The position numbers were made by a program, and so were the translations under genes. Shown here piece by piece: positions 16,937 through 25,846 of a stretch of DNA of 64,000 nucleotides (position 1 is its first letter; each line of letters starts with the position of its first letter). Under the pieces are notes generated by a model. The model was not told where the DNA came from, did not search any database, and saw only the letters and a program-made list of their open reading frames with translations. Origin of the DNA: Methanobacteriota archaeon (GTDB lineage Archaea; Thermoplasmatota; Thermoplasmata; UBA10834); assembly GCA_020725925.1 (NCBI GenBank), contig DYTN01000003.1, positions 18,591-82,590 on the forward strand, in the 5' to 3' direction.

Positions 16937-17340
16937 CTAGTCCACCACCATGATGCATCCCGTGGGACACACCTTCGCGCACTTGGCCTTGCCCCCGCAC
17001 AGGTCGCACGGCTCCCTCAGGAGTATGGGCTTCGCCCCTGGACCTCCCGACCCAGGCGCCTGTTGACCCTCGGATACCCCCTCTGGCCGGGCTAGCACGA
17101 GCCCTCCCGACTTCGTCTTCAGCACCAGGCCGAAGTAGTCGGCCTTGTCGTCAATGTGCAGGATGATGCTTGAGGACATTGGCGTGAGCACAGAATCCCT
17201 GTTCAGGCTGCACGCGGTCTCGCAGAGCCCGCAGCAGATGCACCTCAGGGGCTCGATCTTGAGTCTCAGGCTCCCACCGGGCCTTCCATCTACCGGATGT
17301 GCTCCGCCACATCGGTTGTGATGCGGTCGCAGTACACGCA
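16937..17340 (-). CDS. 2x[4Fe-4S] ferredoxin, start uncertain
   Basis: CICCGLCETAC and CDLCGGKAKCAKVCPTGC cluster motifs. There is no canonical start between the pyrI stop and the first cluster motif, so the start probably overlaps pyrI. Confidence 0.45.
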
Positions 17341-17745
17341 CCTGAGCGTAATCGGCTTCTTCGACTCGACCACGAACTCCGCCTCGACCGGCTCGTCCTT
17401 GTTCGTTATGCAGCCCGGATTGGAGCACTCCATAATCCCCTTGATCACGTTCGGGACTTCGACCACGAACTTCTCGGCCACGTTGTAGTCCCTGATGATG
17501 TTGATGGTGGCGTTGGGGGAGATGAGGGCTATCCTGTCGAGCTCCTTGGGGTCCAGCTCCCGGTCCTCTATCTTGACTATGTCCTTCCACCCGGCCTTCT
17601 TGCTCGGCACGTGCATGAGCACGCTCACTGTCGAGCTGACCTCGTCCTTCACACCGATGATCTTCAGGACCTTCAGCGCCATGCCGACGGAGATGTGGTC
17701 TATGACGGTGCCGTTGCGGATCGGTGTGACCTTGAACTCCTTCAT
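17290..17745 (-). CDS. pyrI: Aspartate carbamoyltransferase regulatory subunit
   Basis: MKEFKVTPIRNGTVIDHI... N-domain and a C-terminal Cys4 zinc domain (CSNPGC...CVYCDR). Confidence 0.95.
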   Translation of the reverse strand: MKEFKVTPIRNGTVIDHISVGMALKVLKIIGVKDEVSSTVSVLMHVPSKKAGWKDIVKIEDRELDPKELDRIALISPNATINIIRDYNVAEKFVVEVPNVIKGIMECSNPGCITNKDEPVEAEFVVESKKPITLRCVYCDRITTDVAEHIR

Positions 17746-18677
17746 TTCAGTCCCCCCAGTATCAGGCCGAGGAGCGCCATACGCACAGGCACGCCGTTGA
17801 ACGCCTGGTCGAAGTACTTCGCGTGCTCCGTCGCGTCGACCTCGGACGATATCTCGCCCACCCTCGGAAGCGGGTGCATGATCATCAGGTCGCGCTTGAC
17901 GTCCTTCAGCATCGGCAGGTCGATCCTGTACATCCCCGCGACCTTCTGGTACTCCGCGGGGTCCGGGAAGCGCTCCTTCTGGATGCGCGTCACATAGAGC
18001 ACGTCCGCGTCCTTGATGACCTCCTCCAGCGAGCCTGATATCCTGGGCTTGCGGCCCAGGGACTCTATCTGCTTCAGGTGCTCCTTGGGGATCTGCAGCG
18101 AGGGCGGGGCGACGAAGGTGAGGTCCGCGCCGAACATCGCGAGCGCCTCGGACAGCGAGTGCACGGTCCTTCCGTACTTGAGGTCCCCGACGATGACCAC
18201 GTTGTTCCCCTCGACCTTCTTCTTCTCCTTCCTGATGGTGAACAGGTCGAGCATCGTCTGGGTCGGGTGCTGGCCCGCTCCGTCACCGGCGTTGATTATG
18301 GGCCGAGAGGCGAAGTGCGCCGCCAGCCTGGCCGCGCCCTCCTGGGGATGCCTCAGCACGATGACATCGCTGTACGAGTCGACCATCCGTATCGTGTCGG
18401 CCAGAGTCTCGCCCTTCGCGACGGACGCCCCTGCGGGCTGGTCGAACCCGAGCACTCTCCCGCCCAGGCGAGTCATGGCGGCGTCGAAGGAGAGCCTCGT
18501 CCTCGTCGAGGGCTCGTAGAACAAGGAGCCAAGCACGTGTCCCTCGAGGAGCACGCTCCGCTCCTCCCCCTTTGCAATCGGGACCATCTTCTCCGCGAGC
18601 TTGAGGACATGTTCGATCTGTTCTCTCGAAAAATCACGGATGGAGACGACGTCCATCCCCTTGAACCCTGCTGACAT
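17742..18677 (-). CDS. pyrB: Aspartate carbamoyltransferase catalytic subunit
   Basis: STRTR, HPxQ, HPLP motifs. The start was chosen as MSAGFKGMDVVSIRDFS by alignment to archaeal PyrB N-termini; the track ORF extends to 18761. Coupled to pyrI (ATGA). Confidence 0.93.
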   Translation of the reverse strand: MSAGFKGMDVVSIRDFSREQIEHVLKLAEKMVPIAKGEERSVLLEGHVLGSLFYEPSTRTRLSFDAAMTRLGGRVLGFDQPAGASVAKGETLADTIRMVDSYSDVIVLRHPQEGAARLAAHFASRPIINAGDGAGQHPTQTMLDLFTIRKEKKKVEGNNVVIVGDLKYGRTVHSLSEALAMFGADLTFVAPPSLQIPKEHLKQIESLGRKPRISGSLEEVIKDADVLYVTRIQKERFPDPAEYQKVAGMYRIDLPMLKDVKRDLMIMHPLPRVGEISSEVDATEHAKYFDQAFNGVPVRMALLGLILGGLK

Positions 18678-18761
18678 CAAGCTCCTAATCTTCTGAAAGA
18701 ATATAAGCCTTACATCAACGCAAACCGGAGGGAACGGGCGACGGGACGCCACGTCTGGCAA

Positions 18762-19163
18762 TCAGACCAGGTCGAAATCATCGATCGCGGCGTTCATGTT
18801 GTCGAACCAATCGTCCGCGCACTTGTGCAGCTTCTGCTTCAGCGCTTCGGGGGACACTGCCGCATACACATGATAGTATCCGCCCCGGTCAATGGTCTTC
18901 GTGTCCCTGAAGGCCAGGCCCGACGAGACGAGCTTCTGCAGGGCGCGGTAGACAGTGCTCCTGTCCTTCTTGAGGACGGGCGCGAGGTCGTCGGCCTTCT
19001 GAGGACCTTGCTTGACGAGCTTCCTGTAGATCGCGAGTTCGAAATCGGACAGCCTGTACAGGCACTTCACGATGTCCCTGCAGGAGGCATCGCCGGCCAG
19101 AATCCTCTGAGGCTCGACCATGTTGCACGGTATTGCCATTTTTATACTTAACCGTTTTGACAT
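18762..19163 (-). CDS. Winged-helix (TrmB/MarR-like) transcriptional regulator
   Basis: LSDFELAIYRKLVKQGPQKADDLAPVLKKDRSTVYRALQKLVSSGL is an HTH plus wing. Start assigned to MSKRLSIKMAIP. Confidence 0.55.
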   Translation of the reverse strand: MSKRLSIKMAIPCNMVEPQRILAGDASCRDIVKCLYRLSDFELAIYRKLVKQGPQKADDLAPVLKKDRSTVYRALQKLVSSGLAFRDTKTIDRGGYYHVYAAVSPEALKQKLHKCADDWFDNMNAAIDDFDLV

Positions 19164-19231
19164 ACACGCACGGCCAGCAACCGATTTCTGCTCAACGTGA
19201 AAACCTTTATCTATCACCGTGAGAATCGTCG

Positions 19232-19495
19232 TTGCGCGGTATTGTCAATACCGTGGGAGCGATTCTCTTGCAGAAAGACGCGACGCTTGACGCGAGGGGG
19301 CTCATGTGCCCCATGCCCATAGTGCAGCTCGCGAAGAAGGTTAAGGAGCTGAAGTCCGGCCAGGTGCTTGAACTCTTGGCCGATGACCTGGGATCGAAGG
19401 AGGACGTGCCTGCCTGGTGCTCGAGGACCGGCAATGCGCTGGTCGGCACCGAGGGGGAGGGCAAGGTCCTCAAGTTCTACATCAGGATGAAGTGA
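19232..19495 (+). CDS. tusA: TusA-like sulfur carrier protein
   Basis: LDARGLMCPMPIV has the CPxP active-site motif. Length and C-terminal beta-strands are TusA-like. Confidence 0.8.
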   Translation: MRGIVNTVGAILLQKDATLDARGLMCPMPIVQLAKKVKELKSGQVLELLADDLGSKEDVPAWCSRTGNALVGTEGEGKVLKFYIRMK

Positions 19496-19514
19496 GGCAG
19501 AAAGAGGTATTGAG

Positions 19515-19919
19515 ATGACCGAAAAGCTATCGATGGTAGTGAGCGAGGGGACCTTCGACAAGGCGATGATGCCCCTCATAATGGGGACCACGGCCGCTGC
19601 GATGGGGACCGAGGTGCACGTGTTCTACACGTTCTTCGGGACCAAGCTGATCACCAAGGGCGTGAAGCCCAAGCTGCCCGGGTTCTGGCGACTGTTCACA
19701 GGGATGTTCGTCAAGAGGATGAAGAAGGTCGGCATCGCGGAGTACCACCAGCTCGTGAAGGACGCTCAGGAGATGGGCGTGAACTTCTACGCGTGCAGCA
19801 CCACCATGGGCCTCTTGGGGGTCAAGGAGAGCGACCTGCTGCCGGGCGTGAAGGTGCTTGGCGCTGCTGCGTTCTTGAAGCTCGCCTCTGAGTCGAAGGT
19901 CAGCCTGTTCATCGGGTGA
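19515..19919 (+). CDS. DsrE/DsrF-like family protein (COG2210, YrkE/DsrE2-type)
   Basis: MVVSEGTFDKAMMPLIMGTTAAAMGTEVHVFYTFFG matches the COG2210 DsrE-like consensus. Confidence 0.7.
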   Translation: MTEKLSMVVSEGTFDKAMMPLIMGTTAAAMGTEVHVFYTFFGTKLITKGVKPKLPGFWRLFTGMFVKRMKKVGIAEYHQLVKDAQEMGVNFYACSTTMGLLGVKESDLLPGVKVLGAAAFLKLASESKVSLFIG

Positions 19920-19928
19920 GATGATAGC

Positions 19929-20231
19929 ATGCCGAGAACGGCATTCGTCATCCTGAAGTCGCCTCAGGAGCAGGACCCGACGCATTCGATGAGGAGGGTC
20001 GCTGAGCCTGCGGAGTCCAGTGCGATCCTCCTGGAGGACGGCGTATACCAGGCGTTGCTTGCCGGCGCGGCTGAAAAGCTGGGCAAGGCGGCGGCCGACG
20101 TGCTCGTTTCCAGGGATGACCTCGAGGCGAGGGGCTTCGGACCGGCTGACCTCAGAATAGGCAGGGCCGCAGAGTATGGGGACATCGTGGACTGCATAAT
20201 GGAGCGGACAGAGCGGTCCGTCACCGTGTGA
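19929..20231 (+). CDS. DsrH/TusB-like sulfur relay protein
   Basis: 100 aa. FVILKSP...AILLEDGVY aligns with TusB/DsrH (LHxLxxSP...LLLxxDGV). Confidence 0.65.
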   Translation: MPRTAFVILKSPQEQDPTHSMRRVAEPAESSAILLEDGVYQALLAGAAEKLGKAAADVLVSRDDLEARGFGPADLRIGRAAEYGDIVDCIMERTERSVTV

Positions 20232-20240
20232 GGGATTGCG

Positions 20241-20600
20241 ATGGCCAAGACTCTCACGATACTGTGGAGGACCGGCTCGATGATGGCCATGGACGCCAAC
20301 GTAGCTGCTAAGCTGGCGAAGGCCGCCCTCGAGAAGGGCTACAAGGTCAACATGTTCGGGTACGGGGAAGGCGTCACGGCGGCCAAGAAGGGCCAGAAAC
20401 CCAAGCGGTTCCCCAACGTCGGCGAGGAGCTGGAGGCGGCGTGCAAGGAGGGCGTGAGCATAGCCGTGTGCGAGACATGCTACGCCGCCAGGGGCTTCGA
20501 GCGCGGGGAGGAGATATCCGGGGCCAAGGTCGGCAGCCTGACGAACGACCTGTTCAGGTTCCTGTCCGAGTCCGACAGGCTCGTGACAATCGCGAGGTGA
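20241..20600 (+). CDS. DsrE/TusD-like sulfur relay protein
   Basis: 119 aa. IAVCETCYAARG holds the conserved active-site Cys, in the position of TusD Cys78. Confidence 0.7.
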   Translation: MAKTLTILWRTGSMMAMDANVAAKLAKAALEKGYKVNMFGYGEGVTAAKKGQKPKRFPNVGEELEAACKEGVSIAVCETCYAARGFERGEEISGAKVGSLTNDLFRFLSESDRLVTIAR

Positions 20601-20962
20601 TGACCATGGCCGGATCGATTCTTGTTCTCATCACAAAGGCTCCATACGGGCTTGAGGAGGCGTTCGCGGGTCTGAGGCTCGCCCTTGCCACGGGGGTGAA
20701 CGGAATGAAGACCTCCGTCCTGATGGTCGAGGATGGCGTCTTCAACGCGGTCGGATCACAGAGGTCGGAGGCCGTGAGGATGCCGTCCAACATCGAGGCG
20801 ACCAAGGAACTGTACGACTTCGACGTCCCGGTCTATGTCGTCAAGGAGGACATGGAGGCCAGAGGAGTCGCCGAATCGAAGCTCTTCGACGGGCTGAAGG
20901 TTGTTCCTGCGTCACTCGTCAGGAAGCTCGTCGCGGAGCACGATTTGGTCACGACTTTCTGA
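20600..20962 (+). CDS. DsrF/TusC-like sulfur relay protein
   Basis: ILVLITKAPYG...SVLMVEDGVF. The ATG overlaps the preceding stop (TGATGA). Confidence 0.65.
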   Translation: MTMAGSILVLITKAPYGLEEAFAGLRLALATGVNGMKTSVLMVEDGVFNAVGSQRSEAVRMPSNIEATKELYDFDVPVYVVKEDMEARGVAESKLFDGLKVVPASLVRKLVAEHDLVTTF

Positions 20963-21027
20963 CGGCCCGCAGAGATGAGCGGCACGCAAACCATTCTCCT
21001 TTATTACTCGATAGTCATTGCACACTC

Positions 21028-22734
21028 GTGCGATTCGAGCCCCTTGAAAGAGACGGATTGGGCAGGATCGGCGTGCTCGAGCTCGACGGCAAGAAGCACA
21101 CCACGCCCACCACCGCTTTCGTTGACACTGAGAAGTATCCAGCCCCACCGGGCTCCCTGACCCTCAGCATCGAGCGGGGCGGTGAGGCCGGTCTGGTCAT
21201 CGCGCGGTCCCGGTTCGCGACAGGCCCGGAGGCGGGCGAGGCACAGGCCGATCTGAGGCCGGGGACGAGAGGGTCGCCCTATGCTCCTCCGCAACCAGCG
21301 GGCGGCTTTGCGACCGTCGCCGACATCGCGGGGGGATTGCTCGATTCCACGGAGTTCGTGGCAGCGATTGGGAAGATCAAGGGTTCAGAGGACCTCCTCA
21401 GGCCGCTCTACTGTTCTGTGATGGGGCTCCCCCACAGGCTCGCGCTCCTGACTTACTGCGGGTTCGATGTGTTCGATTCAGTGCCCCTGATCATGGCGGC
21501 CGAGAACGGCACATACCTCACGACCACAGGTCCACTCGAGCACAGCGCTCTGAGGGAACTCCCTTGTTCATGCCCCGCCTGCTCCGAAGGGGTCACAGAC
21601 AAGAAGCACCTCCTCGCCCACAACTGCCACGAAGCGATTTCCGAGCTGAAGCTGGTCAGGCATGCCATCTCCCAGGGCAGGCTTCGTGAGCTGGTCGAAT
21701 CGAGGGTGCGGTCGGATCCGTGGCTCGTGCAGGACCTGCGGCTCCTGGACCTCGAACACTATGAGCTGCTGGAGATGCACACCCCGGTCCGGGGCTCGCC
21801 GTTCCACGCGGGGTCGAAGGAGTCACTGATGCGGCCGGATATCGTGCGCTGGCGGAGGCGCCTCGAGGCGAGGTATGCCAAGCCCGAGGGGACGCGTATC
21901 CTGCTCCTATTCCCCTGTTCCGCCAGGAAGCCCTACTCCTTGTCCCAATCACACAAGCGCTTCCGGGAGGCCGTTGCGTCCAGTGGCGCGGGCGGGATCG
22001 TGCACGAGGTCGTCGTCACCTCGCCCCTCGGACTAGTCCCTCGGGAGCTGGAGCTGTTCTACCCAGCCAAGGACTACGACATTCCAGTGACTGGCCACTG
22101 GGACAACGACGAGAAGAAGATGGCCCAGGAGATGGTCACATGGCTCGTGACGACACAGAGGTACGACCTGGTGATTTCGCATCTTGGCGACGAGCGCGAG
22201 CCCGTCAACGCGGTCCTGAAGGACTTCGAGGACACTTCGCTCGGCCACCCGGGATCGAGGGAGAGCCTCGACAACCTCGAGGCAGTGCTGAGGGAGCACG
22301 CCGGAGACACGGGGATGGGAGACCGTACGCTGGCAGACATGCGAGCCCTCTGCGTATTCCAGTTCGGGCCTGCAGGCGGGAATCTGTGTGAAGGCGCGGT
22401 GATAGCCGGGAGGTGGCCGAACCTGAAGATCATGAGGGGGCGTACGCAACTCGGCATGCTCACGGGCGAGAGAGGCATGGTGTCTTTGACCATGGACGGC
22501 GCGAGGGTTCTCGCATCCGCCGATGCATACTGCGTCGAGATCGACGACTTCGCTCCCAAGGGCAATCTGTTCGCGATAGGAGTGGAGAAGGCCGACGGGC
22601 AGATCCGCATCGGAGACGATGTCGCAGTCACACACAAGGGCGAGGTCAGGGCTGCGGGTGTGGCGAAGATGACGCCGGTCGAGATGGAGCTGGCCGAGAG
22701 GGGAGAGGCCGTGCACATAAGGCACTCGCTCTGA
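21028..22734 (+). CDS. arcS: Archaeosine synthase ArcS-like protein (truncated TGT-like domain, DUF5591 and PUA), GTG start
   Basis: TGT-like N-terminus (LGRIGVLELDGKKHTTP), Zn site CSCPAC...H, DUF5591 block LLFPCSARKPYS, and a C-terminal PUA (IGDDVAVTHKGEVRAAGVAKM). A low-complexity insert lies at aa 60-100. Confidence 0.7.
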   Translation: MRFEPLERDGLGRIGVLELDGKKHTTPTTAFVDTEKYPAPPGSLTLSIERGGEAGLVIARSRFATGPEAGEAQADLRPGTRGSPYAPPQPAGGFATVADIAGGLLDSTEFVAAIGKIKGSEDLLRPLYCSVMGLPHRLALLTYCGFDVFDSVPLIMAAENGTYLTTTGPLEHSALRELPCSCPACSEGVTDKKHLLAHNCHEAISELKLVRHAISQGRLRELVESRVRSDPWLVQDLRLLDLEHYELLEMHTPVRGSPFHAGSKESLMRPDIVRWRRRLEARYAKPEGTRILLLFPCSARKPYSLSQSHKRFREAVASSGAGGIVHEVVVTSPLGLVPRELELFYPAKDYDIPVTGHWDNDEKKMAQEMVTWLVTTQRYDLVISHLGDEREPVNAVLKDFEDTSLGHPGSRESLDNLEAVLREHAGDTGMGDRTLADMRALCVFQFGPAGGNLCEGAVIAGRWPNLKIMRGRTQLGMLTGERGMVSLTMDGARVLASADAYCVEIDDFAPKGNLFAIGVEKADGQIRIGDDVAVTHKGEVRAAGVAKMTPVEMELAERGEAVHIRHSL

Positions 22735-23133
22735 GGATTCTCGTGCAGCCAGACTACTTTCGGCCACCTCTTGCTGTTAGGTTATTGACCTCCGTTTCCA
22801 CTAGAGTGCTTCAGAAAGGTGAGATGAGTGGTGGACGCGGATCATTACAGCTGGGAGGAGGTCTACGACCTCCTCGGGTGCGAGCCGGAGATCGAACCGG
22901 CTACTGATTATTAACGACCATCCCGGATAGGTAGGATGTTTGCTTCCCTACCTATCACACCTCCCCACAGCTTCTTCAGATCGAGTGGCTACGGATTCCA
23001 GATGCTCAGCAAGGCATTTGCCACCCATGCAGGATGAGGGCTCTGCGTCGGAGATTGAGCGCTGAATCTAGAAACAATTATTACCGATATAGCCGATGCC
23101 CGTCTGTCAGAAGGCAGGGGATGCGATGCGCCG

Positions 23134-23661
23134 TTGGTCCCAGTGAGCGCGCTCCAGAGCCAGCGCCAGAGCACTGCTTCTGGCACAGGCAAGGCGATGA
23201 GCTTCTTCGGACCTGGGACGCGGGCGATGGCGGCCGTATCAGCCGGTTACGCAGTTCAAGGACCCCCCGGAGCTGGCCAGGCCCGTGCGAGGGTGTTCGT
23301 CGTGGACGACGAGGACTTCATCCGAGAACTGTACAGGGACGTGTTCGAGGCGAGGGGCTACACGGTCTTCTCCGCGGGCAACGGAGACGAGGCCCTCAGG
23401 CTGTTCCGCACGATGAACGCGCGGCCGGACGCGATCATAATGGACCACAGGATGCCGGGCAAGGACGGCATCGAGACCACGAGGGAGCTGCTGAAGCTCG
23501 CGCCCGGCATTCCGATCATCTTCTCGAGCGCCGACGAGTCGGTGCGCGAGCAGGCATTAGAGGCGGGCGCGGTGTCGTTCTGGGCCAAGCCGTTCCCCGT
23601 GAGCCTGCTTGTCAACGCGATGGTCGACATGATTGAGGCGAGGAAGCGCCATCCGCAGTGA
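23134..23661 (+). CDS. Single-domain response regulator (CheY-like receiver). The start is possibly downstream, at MSFFGPG about 23197.
   Basis: VFVVDDEDF...D...MPGKDG...K has the receiver Asp and Lys landmarks. Confidence 0.78.
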   Translation: MVPVSALQSQRQSTASGTGKAMSFFGPGTRAMAAVSAGYAVQGPPGAGQARARVFVVDDEDFIRELYRDVFEARGYTVFSAGNGDEALRLFRTMNARPDAIIMDHRMPGKDGIETTRELLKLAPGIPIIFSSADESVREQALEAGAVSFWAKPFPVSLLVNAMVDMIEARKRHPQ

Positions 23662-23665
23662 CGGC

Positions 23666-24703
23666 CTAACCGACCTTGTACCTCAGGATGGCCGCGATGC
23701 CCCCCAGCGATTCCAGCCTTCTGCCGGCTTCGTGCAAGGAGCTGACTATCATGAACTCGCCCTTGGTGTTCTCGACGTTCCTCAGGAGCTCATCGGCCGC
23801 GGATGACCTGACCTTGGTGTCCAGGACCAGTAAGGTTTCGACGGCGCCTGCCCGGACAGCAGAGGCCACCTGCGCGTCTCCGTAGACGAACAGGCCGCCC
23901 TTGGAGATCTCGGAGAAGAGCCGCTCCATGAGCCTGGTCTCCTTGGCGACCCTGAGGTCCTCGAGCAGCTTGCCACCGATCCCCTGCTTCATCAGCTCGT
24001 GTATGCCAGCCATGCCCGCCTGGCCGGTGTGCTGCACCGATATTGAGCCGGCGATTCCCGGCTGCTTCTCGCGCAGCCTCCTTGCCAGGGCTTCCTTGAC
24101 GAAGCCCGGGCCGAGGATGATCAGCGGTTCACCATGGAGAGTGATTCTGAGCTTCTCCACGACCTCGTCCAAATAATCCTCTTCGTTCGACTTCGACTCG
24201 TACATCTTCCCGCCGGGGTTCCGCGTGATCGTCGCGTGTTCCTTGATGCCGTATTCGCGCGCGGCTGCGATGACGGCGTCTGTGTCCTCGATCGCGACGA
24301 AGTACACGGAAGGCCTCTCGGAGGATGCCACCGCCCTCTTGACCCTGTCGAAGTGCTGTTGCTTCCACTCGGGCTTGATGATGCTCAGGGCCTCCCCGAG
24401 GGAGACCATGAGCGTGTGGTGCTCCCCTAAGTCCTGCGGGCCGGCCTCGATGACGCCGAGCACGCGCAGCACATCGTCGGATTGCTGGAACTCGACCTTC
24501 TTCACCCTGATGCCCAGGCGCATGCGGACCTTGTCCAACCTGTCCGGCCGGAGCTTGTCGCTCTTCTCCTCTCCCCTCCGGTAGGCCGTCGCGAAGACCA
24601 GGTCGCCCTCGTCTATCAGGTTGCACAGGTGCCACAAGTCATCGAGCGTTTCCGGCATGAGCTTCAGCTCGCCCGCCTTGGCATCCTGGTGGAGTATCTT
24701 CAT
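23666..24703 (-). CDS. pelA: Pelota/Dom34 mRNA-surveillance, ribosome-rescue factor
   Basis: MKILHQDAKAGELKLMPETLDDLWHLCNLIDEGD N-domain, plus central and eRF1-like C-domains. The track ORF is extended upstream by about 42 codons. Confidence 0.85.
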   Translation of the reverse strand: MKILHQDAKAGELKLMPETLDDLWHLCNLIDEGDLVFATAYRRGEEKSDKLRPDRLDKVRMRLGIRVKKVEFQQSDDVLRVLGVIEAGPQDLGEHHTLMVSLGEALSIIKPEWKQQHFDRVKRAVASSERPSVYFVAIEDTDAVIAAAREYGIKEHATITRNPGGKMYESKSNEEDYLDEVVEKLRITLHGEPLIILGPGFVKEALARRLREKQPGIAGSISVQHTGQAGMAGIHELMKQGIGGKLLEDLRVAKETRLMERLFSEISKGGLFVYGDAQVASAVRAGAVETLLVLDTKVRSSAADELLRNVENTKGEFMIVSSLHEAGRRLESLGGIAAILRYKVG

Positions 24704-24827
24704 GTGTGCATTGCACGCATCATTCTGACTGGATATCAAGCCATCGGGCTGCGACCGTCCGCCGAGAAAGTTTATATGCTCTTCCGGTAATGCTGACCCA
24801 ACTTGCCAGAGGGGGAGCTGGACTATC

Positions 24828-25187
24828 ATGGTCGAGTACTTGGCTCTTGAGGAGATTCTTGACGAGATTCGCTCGATCCCTTCAGTCTACGAGGCCACCG
24901 TGGTGTCTAGGAGCGGGATGCACATCGCGGGTGACTCGCCCAAGGGGGTGCACCTCGAGACCTTCGTCGCGATGTCGGCGATCCTCCTCGGGGCCGCGGA
25001 GACCGCCACGGCAGAGCTGAAGGACAAGCTGCAGTTCGTTTCTGTGGAGCTCGCGCGGGGAAGGATGGTCCTGGTGAGCGCGGGGAGCAGGGCTCTGCTG
25101 GTGCTCACGGCGTCGAAGGACCTGTCCATCACCGACCTGGCGGACAAGGCGAAGGAGTTCGCGGCCAAGATAGAAGGCAAGATCTAG
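24828..25187 (+). CDS. Roadblock/LC7 (MglB-like) domain protein
   Basis: 119 aa. IPSVYEATVVSRSGMHIAGD...AMSAILLGAAE...GRMVLVSAGSRALLVLTASKD is the classic Roadblock pattern. Confidence 0.75.
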   Translation: MVEYLALEEILDEIRSIPSVYEATVVSRSGMHIAGDSPKGVHLETFVAMSAILLGAAETATAELKDKLQFVSVELARGRMVLVSAGSRALLVLTASKDLSITDLADKAKEFAAKIEGKI

Positions 25188-25846
25188 AGCCGCTTGAAGC
25201 CCGCCCTCATCCATTCTGCCAGAAGCTCGATCGGGTAGCGCGCGCCCTCCGCGTATGTCCTGCTTCCGCCGCCAGCCCGAGCCTTCCCCTTGGAGATCAC
25301 CTGGAGGAGATCGTCCTCCGAGGCCACGCCGTCAACGACTGTGAAAGCCCTCCCGATGTGGTCTAGGTCGTGGGCGTCGCTCCCTCCCGTGACGGCGGAG
25401 CCTTTCAGCTCCGCAACCTTCCTTGCCAGACGGTTGCTTCTGCCAGAGGACGCGCCGTTGATGACCTCGATCGCGTCGAAGCCGCCGTCCCGAGCGAGCT
25501 CTAGCTCCATGCCCGATGGGAACCTGCCAGGATGCGCGGCAATCGCGATGCCGCCGAGCGCATGTATCCGCTCGATCGTCTCCGCAGCCGGGAGGCCCCT
25601 TGGCACCAGCTCGCGCACGCCCAGGGCAAGGACGTGGCCCTCCTGAGAGGACACCTCGACGCCGCGTACCACGATGACTTGTTCGGATCTCGCGAGGTCA
25701 TGCGCCCGCAAAGAGCCGTCGATCGAGTTGTGGTCCGTGACCGCGAGCCCGTCCAGGTCCGTGATGCGGCACCGCTTCACGATCTCCTCTGGACTAGCAG
25801 ACGCGTCCCGGGAGTGCTTCGAATGAACGTGGAGGTCGAACCTCAT
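25184..25846 (-). CDS. PHP-domain (polymerase/histidinol-phosphatase-like) metal-dependent phosphoesterase
   Basis: HVHSKHSRD N-terminal His motif, with HPG and GGSDAH downstream. Confidence 0.8.
   Translation of the reverse strand: MRFDLHVHSKHSRDASASPEEIVKRCRITDLDGLAVTDHNSIDGSLRAHDLARSEQVIVVRGVEVSSQEGHVLALGVRELVPRGLPAAETIERIHALGGIAIAAHPGRFPSGMELELARDGGFDAIEVINGASSGRSNRLARKVAELKGSAVTGGSDAHDLDHIGRAFTVVDGVASEDDLLQVISKGKARAGGGSRTYAEGARYPIELLAEWMRAGFKRL

Noticed and set aside
16937-17590. Full 217-aa ORF as the ferredoxin gene
   Set aside because: The first 100 or so codons overlap pyrI in another frame and are Arg/Gly/His-rich junk. Only the C-terminal 110 aa or so carry the two [4Fe-4S] motifs.
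22874-22906. Annotating a bona fide tRNA gene here
   Set aside because: Only the T-arm and acceptor 3' strand look tRNA-like. The T-loop would be 8 nt, and D-arm and anticodon-arm analogues do not fold canonically. It is reported as a finding to test with tRNAscan-SE rather than as a feature.
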